The notes under the pieces were generated by a model that was not told the origin of the DNA, ran no database searches, and was given only the letters and a program-made list of their open reading frames with translations. A stretch of DNA of 64,000 bases from Botryllus schlosseri (taxonomy: Eukaryota), in contig CM119373.1 of the NCBI GenBank assembly GCA_051294905.1, forward strand, positions 2,482,001-2,546,000, given 5' to 3'. Shown in pieces: positions 52,342-64,000 of the stretch. The first letter of the stretch is position 1, and every line of letters starts with the position of its first letter. A program made the position numbers and the translations under genes.

Positions 52342-52689
52342 TAATTTCCATTCCATGAAATAGAGTCAATACCCGAAATTAGGGATACTATACGTCCTCT
52401 TTCAAGAGGATTTGTCCTCATTTTGGACTTTTTTGAAAATGTCCTCGAAGGACTACAAAATATCCATTTTTTTGAGAATTTGTTATCTTTTTTGAAAATT
52501 TTGGTTAAATATAGGGTAAAATTCGACCGAGATAAAAGAAATCAGTACTCAAGTAACGTTCCGGCGGGTATTTCGGGAGTTGAGCCGGAATGTTTACCTT
52601 TATTTTTAGTCAACCAACGGTGAATTCAACAAAAGCGTATATTTAAGGAGTCGAGTCGGAAAAAGAACCTTTTTTGAGTCCATCTAGTC

Positions 52690-53822
52690 TAGGGTTGCCA
52701 TATTGTTGAGGCACGAATTCCGGATGCTCTTTAGCGCCCACTAGCGGATTTGAAAATGAGATATGAGGACATTGTCGATCAATATGACGTCATACCAGCA
52801 AAGCTTTGCCTTTCGACCAGAGGTGGTCACGATCCGGTTCAGTAATATGTGGTTGTGTTTTGTAAGTTGTAACCAGAGCCGGACCCACATTTTTCGGCCC
52901 CCTCCCGCCCAAATAAACACTGATCTTGGGCACACCGTAGTTTAATCGATGCATCTTCTGGATGCTTACTATATCCACCTGGTCGTAAAATTATTTCAAT
53001 GGATTCTTTCAATGATATTGGTTCATCCATATATTACTATGTAATTTTGATCGTCTCTCCGCCTGCATGATCAGAGTAAGCGGTAGAGCTGGTGGAGGAT
53101 GATGACTTTGGAAATGCAAGGAGCGCAATTGTGCATCGTTAAGTCATGTTCATGTCACACCGATTAGATTATTTATCAGCCTAATGCCGGTGCGCACTGC
53201 GCACCATTGCGCTAAATAAACACCGCACATCCGGTGGTTTCCAACCTTTTATGGTCGCGGCTCAATTTCCAATTTGAAAACGTTCCGTGGCCCTGGTCGA
53301 AATTTGATGAGGTGATTACTAATAAAAGGCCGGCACCTTTGCGCATACTTACTGACGCCCTATTTTGGAAGCTTATTACGTTCAACATCTTCGCGCACCC
53401 CAAAATAAAGGCAAACGACCCTTAGGTCTAAAACCACTATCTTTGAATAAAGCATTTAAACGGCCTAAACCGGCTCTAGGAATATACCGTTCTCCTATAA
53501 TTGCGATGACAATTAGACTAATTTCTGTAAATGAAGGTTATTTTTATTTATTTTCGATTGCAGTTTTTACGAAGGTGGTAGTCCCCATATTAGAATGAGC
53601 ATATGTGATACTAAATCGCGCGCAACGGGAATATAAATTTCATGTAGCCAAAATCGGTCCAAAAATAATATTGTTTATGCTGATTTATTAAAATATTATG
53701 AGATTACTTCAAGCCTTCAAAATTCCGGACATTTAGGCATATTTTAGAAATTCCCCCCGGACGCATTTTTAACAGTGAAATTACGGACATGTCCGGGAAA
53801 TTCCGGACGTATGGCAACCCTA
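52690..53822. mobile_element. hAT-type element (tagggttgccata TIR, CCGGAC repeats)
   Basis: Perfect TSD atctagtc. Confidence 0.88.
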
Positions 53823-53921
53823 ATCTAGTCGTGATTGACACACAGCATTGTTACAAAACACGAGCTTTGCGGTGGGGTGAAATTGACACTGGTCGCATAA
53901 AAGGTACATAACTTCCTGCAT

Positions 53922-54177
53922 CAGGGGTGGGCAACATACGGCCTCGGGGCCGGATCCGGATCCGGTCAGTCTGATTGACCTCAACAGCGATTGCAGTACA
54001 TATTAGTTCGCTTAATACTGTATTTGGGCTCTATGCTTTAAACTTAAAGTTTCCATTAAATGCGATTTATTCCTTGTATGTGTGGACAAACACGCGATTT
54101 ATGTATCAATTCTGTAATCCGGCCCGCCAAGTGCTTCATTTTCCCGGCCCGCAGACCGGAGAAGTTGCTCGCCCTTG
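53922..54177 (+). mobile_element. Short hAT MITE at the same intron position as 42226-43849
   Basis: caggggtgggcaac ... gttgctcgcccttg; same flanks as in SDR-C. Confidence 0.75.
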
Positions 54178-54341
54178 TTATACATCAGTGACGCTGTTAT
54201 GACGTTGTAATGAGTGATACTAGAATACTCAATTTGAATCCAAGTCCGATACTCTATTCAGATTTAGAATCACTCAGGCATACTCGATGTTGCCTAACCC
54301 TTATTATAATTCACTGGTAGCATGTATCCAATCATAAATAC

Positions 54342-54919
54342 CTGCTGATGTTGGTCTTCACGAGAGCTGGGTTGAGTGAATTCACACGGACGCCTTTCGG
54401 TGCGCACTCACGAGCCACGCATTTGGTGAATTGATCCACTGCCGCCTTCGTCATACTGTACAGCAGCAACCTGTCGAACGCTTGCAGCCCGGCGATGCTC
54501 GAAACGTTCACAACATTCCCTTTCGACGCCACCAAATGCGGCATAGCTTTCTGAGTCAACACGAACAGCGACTTCACATTAACCGAGAAAAGCATATCAA
54601 AATCTTCAACGGTCGAAGTTTGTAGATCGCCCAGTTTGCAAGCTCCTGCATTGTTGATGAGTATATCGAGCCGTTTATACTTTTCAACAACCTTATCCAC
54701 CACCCTTTCAACCTCTTCTTGGCTTGTGAAATCCGCGAGTATTTGCAGGACATCTGCGGCACCGTTGTTACGACATTTCAATTCTGTTGAGTTCAATTCG
54801 TTCTTGTTTCTACCCGTAATAGCTAATATCGCGCCATGCATCGCGAAATCTTGCGCTACTTCACGACCGATACCGCTTGACGCGCCAGTCACTAACACAA
54901 CCTTTCCGGAGAAACTCAT
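54342..54919 (-). CDS. SDR gene D exon 1: classical short-chain dehydrogenase/reductase
   Basis: ATG 54919; TGASSGIG, NNAG, YSMTK; donor cag|gtattt; 578 nt as in the paralogs. Confidence 0.9.
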
Positions 54920-54934
54920 GTCACCATATAAATG

Positions 54935-56521
54935 CAGTGTTGTCAATTCCGGATGGAAGAAAATCGATAAAACTTGTGTTAAAAATCGCTAGACGTCGCT
55001 AAATATTGAATAAAAGCGGTAAAAAATCGCTAAATCTACATAAATTCCTAAAGGTGTTAAATAGAACCAGAATATCAATACATTCTTCTCAGCTATATTT
55101 TACCCCTCTGGGACCAAAGTCGCTTATCTTATTTCTAGTTTATAATACGTAAGAGTCATCTCTAAGCGGGACAAAACGTGCAGTGCATTTCGATAAATCA
55201 CATCGCTCTGCGCAATGATCGCTCTTCGTGACCACTGACCAAGTTTGCAGACATAACCGCACACTATATAAGCGTGTCACGAACTGCCGTTGTACGGGAA
55301 TCTGAGGTGAAAAGCCTCCTAGATATACAAGTGACTTGCTCAATGCGTCCGTGATGCGATATACAGTGGAAAGGCGCCTGACTTCTCTAAGCTGTGTTGG
55401 AGTACTTGAACACGACATGCGACCTGACACCCTTGTACACGACATGCGACGTGACACACTTGTACGCGACATGCGACCTGACACACTTGTACACGACATG
55501 CGACTTGACCCGACGCAACACGACTTGAACCGGGTTTGCCAGTAGCGACCTCAATAAAAGAATCCTAGGAAAAACCAACTAGCCTACATATCACTTCACT
55601 CTGGTATCCAACAGCGCGTACAGAAGATCGCTTTTTTAGCGGATATTCAAATCCTTCCCCCGGCGGATTCGTTAACTCGTGTAAGAGTCAAATGTCCGCG
55701 ACGGAATCCTTTATATTCATTCATTCATCTGACGTGAATCCCACATACAACTCTGTTTCGAGTGTTGTGGGGTAGGGCGATTTTAAACCTGCTCTTCTGT
55801 TTGGTCTCGATTAAAATTGGTATGGAAAATGATACATAAGTATCACTGGTACGAGTAGTGTTATAATGCTGTTATGTATCCTGTAGGTGACAAAAGTTCC
55901 TTAGAAAAAAATTTTCTGTCTTGGATCCGGCTGCCACGAAGCTCGCGATTTCGGGTTTTAGTAGGGGTGTGGATCCTATATCCGTCCGGTGTTGGCGTAA
56001 AGAATTCACATTGAAAGAAACTTGCATAAAGCATTGCATTTGGGGAGAATGTTAACGCTTGATAGTAAAGTGTTGGGCCTCAATTATGGGCAACTCTGAA
56101 CGGTGGACCGCGGAACAGCGGAACATGTAATACTAAACGGCGGACCGAGCAAAACTGGCGGACCGAGCGAACCAAAACAAAATAGCTCAAATAGCTCATT
56201 CCGATGGCTGGAAAGTTTTGGACAACTTCACTCTCATGACCAGAAATGCCAGTAAACGTTCATATCCATGCACGCAACCTGAACACTGATCGACGATGTT
56301 TGCTGACGTGCAAGAGATGTGGTAAACGGGTCAACGCGCATGACGTTTGGTTCGCAAAACTGATTTATACTAGATCTTTCTGAAAAAAATCGCTGGAAAA
56401 TTGCTAAATTATTTTCAAAAGTCGCTAGGTTTATCGCTAGGCGCTAGATAGATATTTTGGGCGCTAGACCGAATGCAAAATTGCTAGATCTACCGCCAAA
56501 ATCGCTATATTGGAAACACTG
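54935..56521. mobile_element. TIR element inserted 15 bp upstream of the SDR-D ATG
   Basis: cagtgttgtcaat ... attggaaacactg; many (A)TCGCTA subterminal repeats; near-duplicated flank catataa(a)t; paralog homology resumes after 56521. Confidence 0.8.
55405..55529. repeat. 27-bp minisatellite, about 4.5 copies
   Basis: c(a/g)cgacatgcgac at 55411, 55438, 55465, 55492. Confidence 0.9.
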
Positions 56522-57374
56522 CATATAATCTTCTCGCGTCCGACATACTTTTCATTGTCGTGTTTGACTGCTGAGTGCTGAGTCACGTTTACGTATTACC
56601 GATACGTTCTGCACTGCGTACGCGATTGAATTGGTAAACAAACTCTGATCGAGGTAGAGCCTGTGTGATTGCGAATTTGTCCGTCGATGACCTTCGTCGT
56701 ACTTGGCTCGTTTCGAATGAGAGGACCAATTCACACGAGACACAACGCTAGGCCAATATTGACCTGCACAGCGTTTGTGAAGGTTGCTGATTTGGTATCG
56801 TTGGTACAGTCATACAGACTACCAAGCTGGTTAGTTGACGGTCAACTAACCACCGGGTTGAGTCGTTCTAGTGCTGGTTGTAGTTGTGGAGTTTGGAAAG
56901 TGAGTAGTTCTAGTTCTAGTTAGGCATATTAAAATAACTTTGGTCGCCGAACAAGCAGAAAACACGTGTCGCCGTTTGGTGTGAATCGTGATAGCTATGC
57001 TCTATTCTGTGATGTTTTTGCAGTCATTGTCTGCTCGTAGTGATAACTGCCAAGCCATCTACCAAGTGAAACTTGCGCCGCTGTTCATGTGGAAAACCGA
57101 CCCGCTTCCTATCAAATAAAGATTTTGAAATTTAATCTAGGTAGTTATGTTTTAGTTCAGGTGTTCCCTGACTTTTTTATGGTCGCGACCCAAAATTTCG
57201 TTTTGAAAATGTTCCGAGACTCCAAGTCTCACTTTGACATGCTGATTACTAAATATGGTTAAAACACCTTCGCCCAAACGTATAGTCACTCTCATCCTAC
57301 ATAGGAAGCTGGCGACTATACGCGCACTGCGCAGTACCCAGCAAACACTAGATGTCTTTTGAACCTGTCGGGAT

Positions 57375-57840
57375 ATCTTTTTCTTGTCCAGCCAGGTTCA
57401 AATCATATCTTGTGCATGCTTTGTGCTGAAGCACGACTTAAATATATCTTTTTAATCTCCAGTCATGTTCAAATCATATCTTTGTGCAAACCTAGTGCTG
57501 AAGCACGACTTAAATATATCTTTTTCTTGTCCAGTCAAGTCCAAATCATATCTTGTCCATACCTTGGGTGCTGAAGCACGACATCAATATATCTTGTTCT
57601 TGTCCAGTCAAGTCCAAATCATATCTTGTCCATACCTTGTGCTGAAGCACGGCTTAAATATTTCTTGTTCTTGTCCAGTCAAGTCCAAATCATATCTTGT
57701 CCATACCTTGTGCTGAAGCACGACTTAAATATATCTTGTTCTTGTCCAGTCAAGTCCAAATCATACCCTGTGCATACCATAGCAATTTGCAACGTAGCTA
57801 CGTTGTAAATTGCTATGTGCATACCTTGTGCTGAACCACA
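57375..57840. repeat. ~71-bp tandem repeat, about 6 copies
   Basis: gtgctgaagcacg at 57423, 57495, 57568, 57639, 57710. Confidence 0.92.
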
Positions 57841-59040
57841 ACTTTTCTTGGCCAAATTTTGTCGAATGCTGAAAATATATTTGTTAGGAATATCAAATTC
57901 GATTTTTGCTTCCTATTATGGTAGAGTGGTGTTTATAAATGTACAGTAGATTATATTGAACTTTTACTCTCATGGGGCGATTAATCACCTGTGTCACTAC
58001 CGTATGTTCCACCTAGTGTCACGCTCTTTCTTGCAATTTTGCAGACTAAAATTAAATAGCATATTAGCCCGCATCCTCGCGCTCCGCCACCTCCGCTGCT
58101 TTCGGTGGTTGGGTTGTATTTGATTGGAATTGGTCGGTTCCCAAATTTTGGCAGGAAATTTGAAAGTCCGCAGAATCCGGCTGGAGAATTTCCGGTTCTG
58201 CGTCCAAAAAACTTCTGCCAAAATCATGATATCGTATTTAAGATTATAATTAAGAATGTTGCCAAAATCCGACTGTCGAAATAAATTCAGAATCCGCATC
58301 CAGTCCGGCTGAAATCCTGCTACGACTCCGGCTTCTGATCCGGAGTGTAAACGAGAGGCCATTTCTCCCAGTTGCGAGTTCACATAAGTTTCGGCGCGAA
58401 ATACTGGCACACAAAGCGCTCTCGCAATGGAGGCTTACAGCTACGCAGTCGTATGTTAGGTTTAGTTGCGTTCTGGAATTAATCGTGGTAAATTAAGGCT
58501 CAACCAACCATATTCCTTCAGAGGATTACTGAAAACTGAACTGTAGATGGTAATTTATATATGCTTGATACGAAACATAGGTATATAGTGTATGGTATAA
58601 TGTCACAAAGTATAGAACTTGGTTTGCACTTTTGCGAATATCATATAAGCTATTGTGACAGTGCTAGATCAGATGGTGGTCGCTAAAATCATTCATTGTG
58701 ATCGAATGTTCTTGTACTTTTGTCTATAATAGTGTAGTGGGAGCTCAGCTACAACATGGTAATGCCCAGATATAAAATAAGACGGGGGAAGCACAGACGT
58801 AGGCAGTACCAGAAAGAGTGGCTACGGTTCAAGCGAGCTAGAACCGCCGATTTGACGGGACGGATCGTTTCATCATCAACAAGTGAAATATGACACGGGC
58901 AATTGGACTCTGTACAAAATACGTATCAAATGCTCATCCGGTAAGTCAACTCATAATTTGTGAAGGTTTACCGTTACTCAGTACCAGTGTTGGGATGACT
59001 TGAATCATGACAAAAATGAGACTGTAGCATGTAGCTATAC

Positions 59041-59441
59041 CAGTGATTCCCAACCGCGGCCTCGAGCTAGCCGTCTTGCGTCCCCCACAAAAATTTAAAG
59101 AAATCGATTTATGATATCTAATAAAATTTATATTTATAAAATTCTCTTGCTTAGCTTGGAGTCTGGAGTTGTTGATTAGGATTGCAGAAAAGTTCTGAGT
59201 AGAGTGCTAACGTTATGTCACTACTGTATATAGGTATTGATAACTAATCTACGAATAGATGTACAAAACGTGACTCACGGTTGAATACGCTGAGGTAAAA
59301 CCCAGCAGCAGTTCTCCTCGATTTTACTCTATTTTGTGAACTTTTTATTGATCTAAAGCAGTCACGAATTCGTACGGCCCCAACTATATACTCTGAAATT
59401 CTAAATTTGGCCCTGACACCGAAAAAGGTTGGGAACCACTA
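59041..59441. mobile_element. hAT-type MITE (401 bp)
   Basis: cagtgattcccaacc ... ggttgggaaccacta; TSD agctatac/agctatat. Confidence 0.85.
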
Positions 59442-59633
59442 AGCTATATATACAGTTACTTGCGTACAGTATTTCATTAGCAGTTCTATGTTTGCGTGTG
59501 CGATACAATATCGTTTTTTCAAGTTTGTGCGAGTTTTCAAATTTGAGTAATTCTAGATCTAGTTGCGCTGTTTACAAATCCAGTAGTTTGATAAATCTGG
59601 AAACTTACCATCTATATTATCCATCTGTTTTAG

Positions 59634-62241
59634 ATTTATGGGTCAAGGCCTTTCGTGATATGAGGGCAGTTGCAGACAATAGTAGCTTGCCTTCCGCTTC
59701 AAATAAGGAATTACAACGGCCTAACCGAAAGCGTCAGCCGCCAAAAGATTTTTTGACAAGTCCATGTCATCTGATAATCAAGGTATAGCCTACACTGTTA
59801 TTCTGCCTAATATGTTATACGCAGAAGTGACATATGTATAACTTTCATACTTTGTAGATGATGCTGTTCCTTCAAAGAAAAAACGTAATCCAAGTATTCA
59901 GACACAAGGCATGCCTATACCAACTCCAAGAGTGCGGTCACCTCCTGATTCTGGCGATGAAAGTGTGACAAGCAAGAGTGCTCTTGTTAATGATGCTTCA
60001 AATGCAAGTTTGCCATCATCAAGTGAGGAGAGTGTTCAAGAACAGCATGATCCCAACATTGAATGTAGCGGCCAGTTGCAGGGAATCAACCAATGCAGTA
60101 AGCTCCTAACACTTTGATTCATTCTCGAATTTAAGCAATAGAGTCGCTCTATTTTCCAGACGAACCTTCATTTGTAAGCAATGTTGAACTGCAAAATTCT
60201 GACTGTCAACAACAAGGCCTATCACAAAGTAATGGTAAGTTTATCGCATATGATCAATCCAGTTTTCTTGAATTCGAATAATTTTTTAGCTCCTCCATGT
60301 TCTTCATCAACTCCAACATCTGCACACAGTGACCACTCTATATATTTCACTGATGCGTAAAGACATCAAAGACATCAAGTTGCAGATGAACCAGATGATG
60401 TACCTCAGCTCCAAGCAGATGAACCAGATGATGGATCTAATTAAAGGTCACATCATCAACGACTCAAAAAATATACACAGTACAACAGCCCCAATCTTGC
60501 TTGAAGATCTTATTGAAAACCCCTGCCAAACCGTATCTCGGCTGGAACAACTGGAAAAGAACTTGACTGACGGCGATTGTAAGAAATCTGAACTGGTATG
60601 ATTTTGTCGATTAGAGCAAACTTAGCCGGAGTATCTAACCCAGGGGCAGGCAGCATACGGCCCGCGAAGTGATTTTGTCCGGCCCGCCGACAGTTTTCTG
60701 TCCTACATGATAATGCCCCGCCCCAGTTTGCCGAGATTCCTCACTAATTCCTTACTACGTCAAATTTTAGTGACTATGTTATAATATTATACATGTATGC
60801 GCAGCGTTTAGTGACTATGTTATTATATTATACATGTATGCGCAGCGTAGCGAGAGTGGAGCTTACGCGTAAGTTCGTTGAAGCGAGAAGACTTGCATTA
60901 TCGGCATTGACGATGCAATCAAACCTAATGTGGTCTGTGGTAATCATGATTTTTGTCGACTACAATGGTCAGCAGGCTGATATTTCCTATTTTTGATTCC
61001 GTAACCGCCGACTTGTAGCACAGCACACTTCTAGGTTTTTGTAAGGCACCGCTCATGCCAGGGGCGCCAACTCAAAATGGGTTGCAGGCCACTTTTCGAA
61101 TTTGGTAGAGGACGCAGGCCGCATGAATTCAGTATCGAGATTGCCTACATGACAATGTTATTCTCAAATCCACATTGTATTCGCCATTATCGGCGAGAAA
61201 TGGCTTTGAAGTGACATTGCTGTCGTTGAAATACATTCATTAAATACGATATATTCCTTGTGGATAAATGGACGAATAATGCTTAATGCATCGATTCATC
61301 AATCCGGTGCCCAAGTACTTAATTTTCCTATATCCGGCCTGCCGACTGGAGAAGTTGCCCACCCTGATCTAACCTCTCGTCAAGATCAACGTTCCATCAA
61401 GTTATTTGATGTTTATGCAGGCGTGTAGCCAGGGGGGGTTTGGGGGTATAATCTTCATTTATGCATGTACTTTACCATGATGAATTGATGCTATATTAGC
61501 GAATTCGAAAAATATCGAAACCCTACTTATTTTTTGGGCTGATTTTTCATTCTGGTACACACCACTATCGTATGGCAGAGCCATTTGTATTTTGTACTAC
61601 AGGTATCTGCTTTGAAAGGACTTCACGGTGAACAATTGGCTTCAACGGTCAGAAATATCATGACAAGCATAGCTGTAAAAGATGTGTGGCAATTGTTCAG
61701 CCTAAAAGGTCAAAGAAGCAAAAATAGACAAAAAAGAAGTTTTCAAAATTTTAATCTTTACAAGACTATTACACGTAAGTTGTTACTGATATTACAATCG
61801 AGATTACAAAACCCTCGATGGCAATGCCTTCAAGAGCATTTTTACAGAGTTAAAGTATTTTGCTTTCCCTTCTTGTGAAAGATCATCGCAGCTAAATTGC
61901 AAATCGTTGCTGACCACACAGCCTTATAAGCCCTCGTTTGAAGTCATCTTCTACTGACATTGCCGACATGGCAAAATCACAAACAAGTGCGTTGATTGCG
62001 CAACTCGGTGTTGAGTCTGGAATGTTTTGAAATGCCAATTTTGACACTATGGGGTGATCACATTCGAGAGAGATTGTTACCGCTGGCGGAGATTCCGATT
62101 TGCCGCATTGTTTTGTAATGCAGCCCCTGATCTACTTATATTATCTTTGAAGGAGCATGTAAAGTGGCTAATCCTACGGCCGAGAATACAACAATCACAA
62201 CCAAAGTGGGACGATTTCTAACTGTTATTGGAGCTTGCAAG
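59634..62241 (+). pseudogene. Spliced DUF4806-like gene, probably frameshifted; exons approx. 59634-59782, 59858-60097, 60160-60234, 60290-60595, 61603-61774, 62153-62241
   Basis: GT-AG bounded segments; Ser/Pro-rich region, coiled coil, PCQTVSRLEQLEKNL, GEQLASTVRNIM...FSLKGQ...KRSFQNFNLY; frame inconsistencies near 59750 and 60330. Confidence 0.55.
60641..61366. mobile_element. hAT element, caggggtgggcaac family, intronic
   Basis: Perfect TSD atctaacc; homologous to 30161 and 49502. Confidence 0.88.
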
Positions 62242-64000
62242 GTAGTTTTGTTTATGAATCTGACGTCTGTGTGACAGCTGCGTTCTTTATCATATCATTT
62301 GACAGTAAGTGAATCGTTGCTACCTCCAGGGCCGCTACCATTCATCTTCAGAACACTATACCAGTGGTTCCCAAACTTTGACGTGATGTAATTAAAAAAA
62401 AAATTATAGTAATTTAATTTTGTCAAAATTGTTGGTCTTGCTTGCATAAATTTTTGATCATCTCGTTACACTTGCTCAGATTTAGCGGTGGAACCAATGT
62501 CTCCAAAACTTTTTTGCCAATAATCCGTCACTCATTTCAAACTCCTTTCAATTCACATTTCTACACGGGAAGCAAGTTCATCCTCAACTGGTCGCATTCG
62601 TACCGCGTGGGGGGCTCAGATTGCTATTGCCTGACCCATGTTCCCTCTAAGCTGCACTGCGCACGTGCGCAATTGCACAGTGCTTAGTTGGTCTCTGCGC
62701 ACAGAAAAAATCTGGAGTGATGTCATTTTTTTAGTCGTTATGCACTACTGTGAGTTGGTGAGTGTGTGCAGACTCGTCAAAAATTAGAGGGAGCATTGGA
62801 TCGGCTATTTCGGTGGCGAACAAGATGCATGGCAAATATGGCTCAATTCCAACGTGTAGATGTCAAATCATTGAGATACAAAATTAGGGATTTGAAACTT
62901 CGCTGGTACATTTTACAGCTAGCTATAGTATCCCGTTCACCAAAGAAATGTTTGAAGCTGGCCCAGAACGATAACGATGAGTTATACGATCTTCCAGGGC
63001 CGCCACACTTCAAACACCCAATTAGGGGAGCTCGACTGAACCCAAAATTACTTTGTTTGTCGTTTGTTGAAGTAGATTTTTGTCGTGCTTTGCTCGATTT
63101 TTTGTCCCTTTAGGTCTACATTTAAATATGATTAGTAAGATAAAAAGGTGCTTATAATAGAGAAATATGCAAATTGGTGGTGGTGATTACCACACATTGA
63201 AAAGGACTACGACTCTACTCTGTGGTAAGAGATGGGTCTCAAGAACATTTTCAAACCCGAAAATGGGCCACGGCCAAAAGATGGCTGAGAACCCCTGGTT
63301 TATTAGCTTCTATATGTTGGAATTAAGCCAAATTTGGCGCGCAGAGTTAAATCGACAATTTCGTCGAAGTAGATGGTAAAGTTTGACTTGGCTGTCACAC
63401 TCCACCAAGTTCGTCGTGACTTCCTAAAGACGGTTCGGAATCCTTGGATGAATGTGACTTGACATGACGGTCCCACATTACTCACAAACAAACAAACACA
63501 TATAATGACTATTGCTCTACTGCTAATCAATCAACGTAATCAATTCATTTATGTTATAGGACGACGATAAAGGAGAAAACGGGAGCAAGACTGTTATCGA
63601 GGAGGCAGAAGTATTGGCTGAAGTGATTGCACAGTTCTGTATCAAGGCCCAATTCTTGCTAACGTATTTTCTTCATCCATGTTTTTTTCGTGTTTTGTAC
63701 TGATTTCATACAGAACAGAAAGCCATATACATGCTGATTTTTAAAATTGGCAATTAGTTTTCCTTCTGAACAAAAAGGCCTACCTCTTGCTGCCTACTTC
63801 TTGCTAACGTTTGTTATGTCAGGGACTATTATTTTACCTTCATTCTTCATCCATTTTTATTCCAATTTTTCGTCGAGGTCTAGTCAAGTGCATTTTTTTT
63901 GTATTTTGAACTGTCTTCGTCGAGGTCTAGTCCAGTGCATTTTTTTGTATTTTGAACTGGTACAATACAGAACAAAAAGCCATACATGATTTGTAAAACT

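Larger units (their letters stand above)
57337..64000 (+). mobile_element. Probable CMC/EnSpm-type transposon; left end in window, right end not seen
   Basis: TA|cccagcaaacac terminus followed by 71-bp subterminal repeats and a DUF4806-like gene. Confidence 0.5.

Overview
AT-rich eukaryotic DNA, probably from an invertebrate animal; the species cannot be called from sequence. There are three parts. (1) 1-9596 is a rearranged palindromic element. It has near-perfect outer inverted arms (1-1902 / 7207-9108, truncated by the window) and an inner 828-bp inverted duplication. It carries an intronless 255-aa ORF with a C2HC zinc finger and a candidate HUH motif (HGHY), and a 203-bp tandem array of 33-bp-stem hairpins whose 62-bp imperfect-palindrome loop occurs in both flip and flop orientations. 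It ends in a 123-bp GC-rich repeat and a Polinton-like ...ACTACT terminus. This is the best candidate for an undescribed system (HUH protein plus flip/flop hairpins inside Polinton-like ends), but an assembly chimera must be excluded. (2) About 15.5-57 kb is a minus-strand tandem array of four two-exon classical short-chain dehydrogenase/reductase (SDR) genes, two intact and two pseudogenes. It is heavily invaded by nested hAT-type MITEs (about 20 with 8-bp TSDs), two CACTG-ended elements, an L1/Tx1-like 3' fragment, and Penelope-like fragments with candidate minimal hammerhead ribozymes. (3) 57.3-64 kb is a probable CMC/EnSpm-type element with 71-bp subterminal repeats and a decayed spliced DUF4806-like gene. 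All family assignments come from motif recognition by eye, not database searches.
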